DNA of 64,000 nucleotides from positions 16,003,653-16,067,652 of the forward strand of contig NC_134028.1 in the NCBI RefSeq assembly GCF_964204645.1. The letters run 5' to 3'. This document shows, in pieces, positions 11,533 through 21,102 of the stretch; within the stretch, counting starts at the first letter, position 1; every line of letters begins with the position of its first letter. The position numbers were made by a program, and so were the translations under genes. Below the pieces are notes generated by a model. That model was given only the letters and a program-made list of their open reading frames with translations. It had not been told where the DNA came from and searched no databases. This stretch comes from Tubulanus polymorphus (Eukaryota; Animalia; Nemertea).

Positions 11533-12988
11533 ATGGATGTAGAAGGTGGAGAAGATTATGAAATGGAAAACATGAGAAATAATAATGATGCCAATACTAA
11601 CGATGATGATTATATGACTGCTGATACTAATATTGATAATGATAATGATATAACATATAATTCTAATTTAGCAGATAGTGGTTCTAAAGCCCCATCAACA
11701 GATGAATTTGATAGAAGAACTAGATCGAGAATACCTATTGAAAATGAAAATACAGGTTTATTAAAGGAAAATTTAGAATATAATGAGTATATTTATAATT
11801 TCAAACCTATATTTGAAAAATCTGGATATAATATAAATGCCAGAGGCGCCAGACTTTTAGTACAAGAATTAAAATCTTTAGATGGTGAATATTATTATCA
11901 TTTGAAAGATGATTATTATATTGATATCTCTTATAAAAAACAAAACAAAATATAAGCAGAATCAACTTTGCTTAAGTTAGACCTATCTAGAATTAAAAGA
12001 ATAAGAAATAGTAATGAAATAGAAGATGTAACACACGAAGAAATTATTAAAAATGAAAGAGTATTTAAACAAAGAATTAATGAATTATTTGAAACAATCG
12101 ATAATAATTTAGAAACAGAAACAACTTCTGAACAGAATATAACTTCCAAAACTAGTAAACTTAAATCAAATAAAGTTCCAATTGAAAAACTTTTATCGAA
12201 TGGATTACTTGATGCAACAGATCAAGAATTAGAAGATTTAGATATATTTTCTGATAAAGCAATTAGAGAGATTATTAGTATAAGAAATGCATCTGATAAA
12301 ATTGCGCATGATAAAAGTATGAGATTTTAAAATTAGAACTTTAGAAAAAGAATTAACTGATAAAAATAAAGAAATAGAACAATTAAAATTAGATAGAGAT
12401 AATAAAGTTATTGAAGAAATTGAATTTAAAAAAAGAAATGCATATTTAGAAAAAGAAATAGATGATTTAGAATATAACATAGAATTACAAAAAGAAGAAA
12501 TTAAATTATTATTAAAATCATATGATTATAATATTAATAGATTAAAAGTTATTTTTAAAGATTTGTTGATTAAACCAGATTCTAAAATATCATTGAAAGA
12601 TAGAATAAAGTTATTATTTAAATTAGAAGGAATAACAATTCTTTCAATTCTAACATCTGTAACTATGTTATTTACAACAATTGGTTTAGCTATATCAAAT
12701 GCTTTAAAATCTACTCCTACTCCCAATAAACCAGATAAACCACCGAGTAATAATTCTATACAAGATAAAGTTAAAGATGGTTTAAAGAAATTAGCAAAAT
12801 ATTTATGGGAACTATCTAAAAAATCTGCTGCAGCTTTATCAGGAATTATTGCATCAATTGTTGGTTTTATATTGAAATCTGCAGGAAACATTATTAACTT
12901 TGCTGCTGAACATATTATTTTATTTTTAATAACTGTTGTAAGTGCTATTATTTTTGGATTAGTAAACATGTTAACAAAAAATAAATAA
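11533..12988 (+). pseudogene. ~485-aa protein: acidic N-terminus, long coiled coil, hydrophobic C-terminus; TAA at 11953-11955 and a frameshift near 12323
   Basis: 11533-11955 and 11968-12330 share a frame. A shifted open frame then runs into ORF 12563-12988, which ends in TM-like helices. Confidence 0.75.
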
Positions 12989-13007
12989 TTAATTTTTTGT
13001 TAAATAA

Positions 13008-14247
13008 ATGAGTGGGAGTTATATCAATCCTTCGAAGAATATCTAATGCTATTAAAGCAGAAAGATCACATCATATAATTACTCATAACCCTTCAAATAT
13101 TAATCCCGATGAAACTTTATATGTTAGAATCCCTCGATTAACACAAAATACTTTTTATGTTCCAAATAGTATTTATTTATCGGCCGATATAAAAGTAATC
13201 GGTAATAATAATAATTATGTTGTTGATAATGTTGGAAGATATTTGATTAAAAAGTTAACAATAAAGATTGGTCCAGAAACAGTTTTCTCATTAGATAATT
13301 ATAATTTATTTATGCATTATAAAGATTTATGGTTAACTAAAGAAAATAGAAATAATATGATATTTCAAGGCATCCAATCAGAAAACCAAAATAAATTAAG
13401 ATCAGAAGCTAATAGCGCAATATTAACTAATGCTGTAGATAAATTGATAAAAAGTATATATGGAAGCAAATATAAAATTCCATTAGACTTTGAATTGATA
13501 AATAATAATGCACCTTTATATAAATACGCAATTCAAGAAGACGTTATATTCGAAATAACATTTGCTCCTGTAAATGAAATTGTATTATCTAGCGTTGTTC
13601 AAGATATGAGTTATAAATTATCGAATATATGTTTAGAATATGACACAGTAACTGATGAAAATATTTCAAGTATAATTCAAACTAAATACAATCAAGGATT
13701 TTCATTATTATATGATTATATTGATAAATTTAAAACCGTAACTATTAATGCAAATGATGAAATAATTAATGAGAATATTAACTTCCCAAGAAGATCTATT
13801 AAAGGTATATTAATATTTTTTACCATTGCAACATATACTAATGGCGCAATAAATGTTGATAATTATTACAATCCTGAAATAAAAAAAGTAGAAATAACTA
13901 TCGAAGGAATAGCAAATAAAATATTTTGTCAAGGAATGAGAATGATTGATCAATGGCCAGAAATTAGAAAACATTTTATGAATGAAAAAGTGAAATCATC
14001 TGAAAATTGTAATATTAATCAAATTGATTATTATACCGGTAATAAATACACATTATGGTTAGATTTTAGAACAACAGAGGATAATTCATTACATGGTTCT
14101 GGAAAAAAACTACAAAACACTAAAGATGGAATACAATTATTCATGACAAAGAATAAAGGAATCAAAAATTTTAAAATGCATATTTATATTATATCTGACG
14201 CGCAATTAAATATTGTAAATTCACAATTAGATAGTGTTATGTATTAA
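13008..14247 (+). CDS. Putative major capsid protein (double jelly-roll candidate) of element B; likely frameshift just after the ATG at 13008
   Basis: ~411 aa with beta-strand-like patterns (YLSADIKVIG, YLIKKLTIKIG, VIFEITFAP, KVEITIEG) near the ATPase and integrase. The TAAATG at 13005-13010 is out of frame with the long ORF. The fold assignment is inference. Confidence 0.6.
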
Positions 14248-14279
14248 AATTTTAACTTTAATAAAAATATATATAATAA

Positions 14280-15356
14280 ATGGAAGGAGGTAAAGTATAT
14301 GAAAGAATCAAAGCTGATAAAGAAATCAATGATGATTTGTTTTATGTAATACCTTATAAAAGAATAAATGAATATATTGGAACATTTTTATTAAATGAAT
14401 TAAATCAATACAAAGAATATTTAATTGAACGTAATAATAATATTGATATAAAAATAGAAGATAATATTGAAACAAAAATAGAAGATAATATTGAAACAAA
14501 AATAGATAATAATATTGAAACAAAAATAGAAGATAATGTTATACCTTCTACATCGAATGATGATAAGATTGAAACAAAAATAGAACATAATATTGAACCT
14601 AAAATAGAAAAATCAAATGTTCAACCAAAAGATAACATCAGATGTATGTATTGTGAAGAAGATTTTGATAATTATAATGATTATTTATTACACATCAAAA
14701 AAGATGAACATATTTTACAATTAGTAAAAAAATATGCCAATATATATAAAGATAAATGCAAAGAGGATCAGAATTATTGTGCCTTCTGTAATGAATGTAT
14801 AACAAAGGCTAATTGGGCAAAACATTATAAATTAAAAACAAAAGGTGGAAATGATTCAGCCCATGCAATACAGGTATTTAAATCTTGGTGTGAAAAATGT
14901 AAAGAATATGTAATATATGATAAACAATTGAATCATAAATACTCGATTAAACATATTGGTACAGATAATGTAATAGAAAATCCAACAGTTATAAATCCAA
15001 AATTTAATAATATGAATATATTAGATTATCGGTGGTATAGAAAAACATTTATAGATTATTTCTTGAGTAATGATATAGTTACCATATTGAAAAAGTTAGA
15101 TAACTTTAAACCAAATGTAACTTATGCAATGAACTTATTTGAACTTAAATATGATGATTTTAGAGAATTTTTAAATAAACATCCATCTAAAACTGAAATC
15201 GAAAATTATATTCCAAAAATATTTTCAAGAGAAACATTCAATAAATATAAACTCGGGAATCGTTCAGGAATTATACCAATGAAAATGCGAAGGAATATAT
15301 GGTTAGAATATGATAAGCTTAAAGAAAAATATGAAAATGAAAATGAAAAAGATTAA
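14280..15356 (+). CDS. Zinc-finger protein (C2H2/U1-like fingers) with IETKIEDN repeats
   Basis: CMYCEEDF...HIKKDEH, CAFCNEC...KH, CEKCKEY...HKYSIKH; 24-bp tandem repeats at about 14440-14540. Confidence 0.75.
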   Translation: MEGGKVYERIKADKEINDDLFYVIPYKRINEYIGTFLLNELNQYKEYLIERNNNIDIKIEDNIETKIEDNIETKIDNNIETKIEDNVIPSTSNDDKIETKIEHNIEPKIEKSNVQPKDNIRCMYCEEDFDNYNDYLLHIKKDEHILQLVKKYANIYKDKCKEDQNYCAFCNECITKANWAKHYKLKTKGGNDSAHAIQVFKSWCEKCKEYVIYDKQLNHKYSIKHIGTDNVIENPTVINPKFNNMNILDYRWYRKTFIDYFLSNDIVTILKKLDNFKPNVTYAMNLFELKYDDFREFLNKHPSKTEIENYIPKIFSRETFNKYKLGNRSGIIPMKMRRNIWLEYDKLKEKYENENEKD

Positions 15357-15374
15357 GTTCCATTTATATATTGA

Positions 15375-15687
15375 TTGATGAATGGATGAGTTGGATGAGT
15401 GGAAGAGTGGATGAGTGTAATAATATATTTATTTGTATATGTATATTTTTAACACATGAATTGGAAGAATAGTATGAGTATAAATATAATATTTGTATTC
15501 TTTATTAAATTTAACACAATATATATATTATTAAAATAATATTTAAATGTAGTATAAAATTGATAAAATAACTTCAAATCAAACTCTTACTGTTTTAAAA
15601 ATAAGAAACATATGTAAATTATATATTATTACACTCATCCATTCATCCACTCATCCAATTCATCCAATTCATCCACTCATCCATCAA
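15375..15687. repeat. Inverted pair of GGATGA(G/A)T iteron-like arrays flanking an AT-rich core, between convergent genes
   Basis: 15375-15428 (ttgatgaatggatgagttggatgagtgg...gtgtaataatatat) is mirrored by 15621-15687. Confidence 0.85.
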
Positions 15688-15724
15688 ACATATTCAAAAT
15701 TCTATAATATTGTAAATTAGGATT

Positions 15725-16336
15725 TTATTTTATAAATTTATATTCATATGGAAATTGTAGTCTTAGTAATAATTTTGAACCTTTATTATTCTTTAATTTA
15801 TTCATATATTCATCATGTAATTCAGTAGGTATAATTTGATTTTCTTCCAATGATTGTTGCATAGATTTTTTATCTTTGTTATAAAATAAAACTAGAAATC
15901 TTATATTCTCCCTAAAGTCTTTAACAATTGAATTATATTTTTGATTTAAAACCCATGTTGTTATCCCAAAATGTCTCCCGGAGAAAGCTAGATAACATAA
16001 CTCACTTTCTCTCACTTTTGAATCATGTAAATTTGCGCAATCATCTATAATGAATAATGTATTTGATCCTTTATAAGTATCAATTGCTATTTTTATACAA
16101 TTATCTAAATTTTCTTTTACTGTTTTAGGATCTAATATAATAAACTTTTTTATCTGAACTATATCTCTATTATATGTTTTATTCATTTCATAAGTAGGAC
16201 AGAATAATATTATATTATCAAAATGATTCTTATAAATAGTTTCTAACAAATCTAATATGAAATGTGTTTTACCACAATTGGTTACTCCAGTAACTAACAT
16301 ATTATGCGGTTCAAATATAAATAAATCTTTATTCAT
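15725..16336 (-). CDS. A32/FtsK-HerA-family genome packaging ATPase
   Basis: Walker A GVTNCGKT, Walker B LFIIDD, and GRH...Q motif (SGRHFGITTWVLNQ). Confidence 0.88.
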   Translation of the reverse strand: MNKDLFIFEPHNMLVTGVTNCGKTHFILDLLETIYKNHFDNIILFCPTYEMNKTYNRDIVQIKKFIILDPKTVKENLDNCIKIAIDTYKGSNTLFIIDDCANLHDSKVRESELCYLAFSGRHFGITTWVLNQKYNSIVKDFRENIRFLVLFYNKDKKSMQQSLEENQIIPTELHDEYMNKLKNNKGSKLLLRLQFPYEYKFIK

Positions 16337-17459
16337 TTATTCTTTTAATTTTACTAGATAAAATCCATTCATTAAATTTATCATCGTATCCTTTATATTT
16401 CACCAAAGAATACTTTTTTCCTTTAAGAGATTTTGTTTTCAATACTTTTTCTATTTTGTATTCTATTTCATCTGGATTTGGTACAAGTGATAATTCTTGT
16501 TCATAGAAATAACCTAATATTTCTTCATCTTTTAGATCTTCTAATTTATAAACAAAAGGTTTAGTTAATATTATCTTTTTAATTTTGAATATTTCTTCAG
16601 TAAAATTTGGAGTATAACCTTTATAAAATGTTTTTCTATATTTAGATATTCTAACGTGTTGTCTAATTTTGAATCTAGGTTCACCGAAATCATGTGTAAC
16701 AAAGGCTCCATATAAATTATTCCAAACTATTTCCGAATTATCTTCTTTTCTAGCTTGTATAGGTTTCATATTCATAGAACTATGTTTAGAATTATTATAA
16801 CCTTTCACTAAATCATCTAATATATTTATAGACTCATCGATATATTTATATGTTTCATTAGCAGTAAAGTATTTCCACATTCTAGTTTTCAATGTTTTAT
16901 TAAATCTTTCTATAATAGATGCTTTTTTATCTGAGTGTGTTGAAAAATAGTCTACATCGTTATCAGATAATAGTTTTTTAAAATGTTTGTTATAAAATTC
17001 CTTACCTTCATCAAATTGTATCTTATCTGGAATAGCTTCTTTAAATATAGATTTAAAAGCATTTGTCACTTCCATACCAGTTTTATTTTTGATTGGAATT
17101 GACCATGCGTATCTACTGAATATGTCTATAACATTCAGTATCCAGAAATATCCTTTGTTGTATTCCTCTAAGTTCTTCATGTCAATTAAATCTGCTTGCC
17201 ATTGTTGATCGATATATGAAACCATAACTTTTCTTGTTAAATAAGTTTTATCCATTTTCTTGTGGATTTGATATGTTGGTTGATTTTGTAACCATGATTT
17301 TAATTCACTATATTTTATACCACCCTGTGGGTGCCGTACGGCACCATTAACATTTTAATTTTCAGATTTAATTTTATTCCATAATTCTGTAACGTTAGAA
17401 TATGATACTTCACTCTCTGGGTTATAATATAAATCTCTTAAATATTGTTCTTTTTTCAT
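16329..17459 (-). pseudogene. INT: Polinton-type retroviral-like integrase (rve plus C-terminal chromodomain); N-terminal TAA at 17355-17357, open from 17255 to 16329
   Basis: DDE motifs WQADLID, IQFDEGKEF, IERFNKTLK; chromodomain YKIEKVLK...LVKYKGYDDKFNEWI; in-frame upstream MKKEQYLRDLYYNP...WLQNQPTYQIHK. Confidence 0.92.
17321..17348 (-). repeat. Second copy of the 28-bp palindromic micro-element, in frame in the integrase N-terminus
   Basis: Reverse complement reads AATGGTGCCGTACGGCACCCACAGGGTG, 27/28 identical to 11357-11384. Confidence 0.85.
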
Positions 17460-17465
17460 TCTATT

Positions 17466-17861
17466 TTAATCCATTAATAATAATTTAGATTTAGTTTCAA
17501 TGGCTTTATGATTTGACTTATTTTCTGGTATGATAGGTTTACTGTCTGTACATGGATAACTAAGTTTCCGATCATTGGAATCATCTTTATCATCAGATTT
17601 GAACTTTGATTTATATATTACACCGGATAATATAATAACTGTTACTAATCCAATTGTAATATATAATTTATAATTACTTCCAGCATTAGAAGAATCAGAT
17701 GGATTATTATTTGAATCAATATCAGATAAAGTCTGTGATTCATTTATATCAGTTAATTTCTTTTTCTTAGCTTTTTTTAATTCTGAAGATCTTTTACCTA
17801 ATTCTCTTGCCCATTTAATTTGTTTCTCGGATCTAGCCTTTTTCTTAACTCCATCACTCAT
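17466..17861 (-). CDS. Small basic protein with a single TM helix
   Basis: Lys/Arg-rich N-terminus; LYITIGLVTVIILSGVIY; TAAATG start overlapping the end of the upstream gene. Confidence 0.7.
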   Translation of the reverse strand: MSDGVKKKARSEKQIKWARELGKRSSELKKAKKKKLTDINESQTLSDIDSNNNPSDSSNAGSNYKLYITIGLVTVIILSGVIYKSKFKSDDKDDSNDRKLSYPCTDSKPIIPENKSNHKAIETKSKLLLMD

Positions 17862-18456
17862 TTATTTTAGTTAATTTTTGTTCTGATTCATTTTCTGTTT
17901 CGACGTTTGGTTGTAGTACATCTGTTTCGTTCTTACCTGATTTATATTCCATAGGTTTGATGTTCGAAAATGTTATGACACCAGTAGAAATTAATGTCAT
18001 AACCGATCCTAATTGAAATGAAGCATATCCAACCCATTTTTGTAATTCAGTCATAACTAAGTAGTCATTTTTCAAATCACTATATAATTTATTTTCATCA
18101 TCAATTGGTATTAACTGGTTACATAACTTAGAATAACATTTGACAATACCATCTGAAATAGAATCATTTATTCTAGCTAATCTTGCTTCTTCATAAATCT
18201 TAAAATATTTTATTACTTTATCTGGTTTCATAGCATCTAATTCTTGAAAAGTAATAGTCTTAGTTAAAAACTCCTTAGTTTTTCCACCGGCAATCAATAG
18301 TTCTAGATGATGCTTACAATACAAATAGTATTCATAATCTATATTGTTATTAACTTGAATAGAATTAGAAACAACTGGATCCTTATTATCACTTATACCC
18401 AAATCATCTAATGTCTTTTCAATATCAATACTATTCTTACTCGATTTCTTTGACAT
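17854..18456 (-). CDS. Hypothetical alpha-helical protein of element B
   Basis: 200-aa ORF in a tightly packed gene array, with a hydrophobic stretch near the C-terminus. Confidence 0.7.
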   Translation of the reverse strand: MSKKSSKNSIDIEKTLDDLGISDNKDPVVSNSIQVNNNIDYEYYLYCKHHLELLIAGGKTKEFLTKTITFQELDAMKPDKVIKYFKIYEEARLARINDSISDGIVKCYSKLCNQLIPIDDENKLYSDLKNDYLVMTELQKWVGYASFQLGSVMTLISTGVITFSNIKPMEYKSGKNETDVLQPNVETENESEQKLTKINE

Positions 18457-18702
18457 TTTTATTAGAGAAATTTAATAAGAAAAATATTATAAGTATTATA
18501 AAATGATACTAGTATCTCTTTAGATTAATACTAGCTTAGTTAAAGGTAAAGAATTTTAGTATTAGTTATTGTTTTTTTAGTATTTTTTATTTGTGATATA
18601 AAGTATTCTTTTTTGAAAAGAAAATATTAAAAATATAATAGAAATAATAGATAGTTGAAGGTATGTAATTTTTATTATATTTTATTTAAAATCTATTATT
18701 CT

Positions 18703-19368
18703 TTAACCACTCATTAAAGACTCAACGTATTGTTCATTATTTGGATCATTGTTCCATTGATCAATAAATTTCTTTGCATTTGTTAACTGTTCTAAATATA
18801 ACTGTAAATCTAGTTTATTAGATTTAATTATGTTTTCCTTCTTTTCTAAAGGTCTTAAATTCTTCCAATTCCAAATAAGTTTTTTATTGTATTCATCATT
18901 CATGTTAAATTTAGAAATCGGCAACACGTGATCAATATGGTAATAATCCCCATAATTATCTATATTCATTTTATCATCGAATTGAAATATAATCCATGAT
19001 TTGAGAAATTCATCTGTACAACCCAACAAATTAGATAATGTTTCTGAATGTGTTTCTTTGTTGAATAATTGTGTTAATCTAGATCTTAAGCATTGTTTTA
19101 ATCTAAAATTAAGATCTGTTTGATATCTTCCTGTCATATGTTCTACCATATAATAATTATAATGTTCTATATTATCTTCTCGATATTGTTTGGTATATAG
19201 TTTAAAACAAGTTTTACAGCAATATTGAAAACCATCTTTGCTAATCTTACGCTTACTAAATTCTGTTAATGATTTATCTAATTCACATTTAGAACACTTC
19301 TTGTAGTATATGTTTATAACGCCAGTGTTATTTGTAAAATTGATAATTTGTGGTTGTTCTGGTTCCAT
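18703..19368 (-). CDS. HNH/endonuclease VII-like protein with an N-terminal CxxC...CxxC zinc ribbon (large DNA virus type)
   Basis: KKCSKC...CCKTC; NYGDYYHIDHVLPISKF...WKNLRPLEKKENIIKSNK. Confidence 0.8.
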   Translation of the reverse strand: MEPEQPQIINFTNNTGVINIYYKKCSKCELDKSLTEFSKRKISKDGFQYCCKTCFKLYTKQYREDNIEHYNYYMVEHMTGRYQTDLNFRLKQCLRSRLTQLFNKETHSETLSNLLGCTDEFLKSWIIFQFDDKMNIDNYGDYYHIDHVLPISKFNMNDEYNKKLIWNWKNLRPLEKKENIIKSNKLDLQLYLEQLTNAKKFIDQWNNDPNNEQYVESLMSG

Positions 19369-19509
19369 TTATTATACGTATTTTTTTTACTAAATTGGTT
19401 AATAATTTTAGAATCCTCTTCCATTTCTTCGACCAACGTCATCCTTTTTCATTCCTCGCTGCTTTTGATAAGTTGTTTCGATTCCTTGATATCTAAATCA
19501 TACCAGTTA

Positions 19510-19850
19510 CAATACCCGCGTCACATGCGGACATACAGGCGCGCTTTTGCTTAATGCGCATGCGTTAATCATAATTATATATTCATTCTATAAATTCTGT
19601 AAAATAGAAACAACACATGCGTTACATGCGTCACATGCGGCCATTTATGGCCGGTTTTGCTTAATGCACATGTGTTAATCATAATTATATATTCATTCTA
19701 TAAATTCTGTAAAATAGAAACAACTGAACATAGAAAATTCAAACGCATTCATGTCCCTCGTCACATGCGTTACATGCGTCACATGCGGGTTTTGCTTAAT
19801 GCGCATGCGTTAATCATAATAGAAACGACTGAACATAAAAATTCACAAAT
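19510..19850. repeat. Cluster of direct repeats with CACATGCG and TGCGCATGCG motifs
   Basis: A ~63-bp unit occurs at about 19551 and 19662; cacatgcgttacatgcgtcacatgcgg occurs at about 19614 and 19762. Confidence 0.8.
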
Positions 19851-20499
19851 CAGATTTACACAATACATTATACAAGTTGTTCAGTCATTTCTTCCAATAC
19901 ATCATTTGATTTCTATAAATACAATTTATAATTACAAACATTTTTTCAATTGTTGGTAAATATTTAACTACATCAACAAATGTTAAACTTAATCATTGGA
20001 GTCTTAATGTTTTTGAAATTCTTATATTTCTTCGTCGATCTTTTGGTGATTCTATTGGTTTGATATCCATTGTTGTTGATTCCTCAGTCAGAAAGAGTAT
20101 CTTGAGTTTCTCTATCACTTCTTGATTCGTATGGCGTTTTATTAATCTAAAAGATATTAGCGATAACTCTAGCTATCTAAAAGACATACTAAATACACTT
20201 AAATATATCTAAAGGTTTCATATTTAATAGCCTTAATAACTACAACAAACAGTACTTACATTTAGATTTATAATTGTAAACTATAAACTCCTAATTTCGT
20301 TTCGAAAGATAGAATATCCTGAGCACAATATTACAGCGTACATTCATTTCTTGCCACGTCATCTGGCTCCGGTTCTAGAGTGTTCTCTCTCTGCACGTTT
20401 GTAATAATGAGTCATAAGTCTCGGCGTCATAGTAACAGCTGTAACAGCTGTGAATTTATAGATTTATTCCATAGCTCTGTACATTGAATGTATATAGGC

Positions 20500-20751
20500 T
20501 CAAATAGAATCATTTTCTAGTATAAACATCAGATCCTTGATATCAAATTCCTCAACGTATTGTTTATTATTTGGATCATTATTCCATAATTCAATAAATT
20601 TCTTTCCTTTTGTTAACTGTTCTGAATATAACAGTAAATATTCTAGTTTCAATTTATTCTCATAATGTGTTTTAGTTTTATTGTGTCTTGCTTTTTGGGA
20701 TTTATCTATATTGATATTACATGTTGGACAGTAGTACTTATTTGCTTCCAT
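20500..20751 (-). CDS. Small U1-like zinc-finger protein whose C-terminus is paralogous to the HNH ORF tail
   Basis: YYCPTCNI...HNKTKTH; EQLTKGKKFIELWNNDPNNKQYVE. Confidence 0.6.
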   Translation of the reverse strand: MEANKYYCPTCNINIDKSQKARHNKTKTHYENKLKLEYLLLYSEQLTKGKKFIELWNNDPNNKQYVEEFDIKDLMFILENDSI

Positions 20752-20833
20752 TTTAATACTAAATTTTTTATTAAAATTGATTTTAGAAGTTCAATGATTT
20801 ATATGTTATTAATTTATATGAATATTTTAAGAT

Positions 20834-21097
20834 TAATAGGGGTTTAGTTGTTTCAGGTTAAAGGTTGAAAGGGCGAGTGAGTAAAAAATGAAAAATATGA
20901 AAATAATAATAATTTCTACTTGAATTAGGAGTGAAACTCATAAAAATGAAAAATAAATTCGAGCGTGTGAGAATTTATTTTTCATTTTTATGAGTTTCGC
21001 GAGTAATTCAAGTAGAAATTGTTATTATTTTGATGTTTTTCATTTTTTACGAGCTCGACCTTTCGACCTTTGATCTGAAACAACTAAACCCCTATTA
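20834..21097. mobile_element. 264-bp imperfect whole-length palindrome (MITE-like fold-back element)
   Basis: taataggggtttagttgtttcag...ctgaaacaactaaacccctatta, with a central loop near 20965 and TA flanking the GGGG/CCCC ends. Confidence 0.8.
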
Positions 21098-21102
21098 CTA
21101 TC

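Larger units (their letters stand above)
9238..20833. mobile_element. Element B: AT-rich Polinton-like virus segment (integrase, packaging ATPase, capsid candidate, membrane proteins, HNH-like nuclease), partly pseudogenised
   Basis: Compact intronless gene array in two convergent blocks with an rve integrase next to an A32-like ATPase. Base composition differs sharply from element A. Confidence 0.85.
5740..21005 (+). repeat. Left arm of a 15,266-bp near-perfect inverted duplication (partner 22115-37380)
   Basis: All mirrored ORF coordinates sum to 43120. Boundaries read by eye at 5740/37380 and 21005/22115. Only about 8 substitutions noticed. Confidence 0.97.

Noticed and set aside
10559-17357. 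Alternative genetic code or stop readthrough in element B
   Set aside because: The internal stops are mixed (TGA, TAA), TAA also ends genes normally, and frameshifts are present. Decay explains it more simply.
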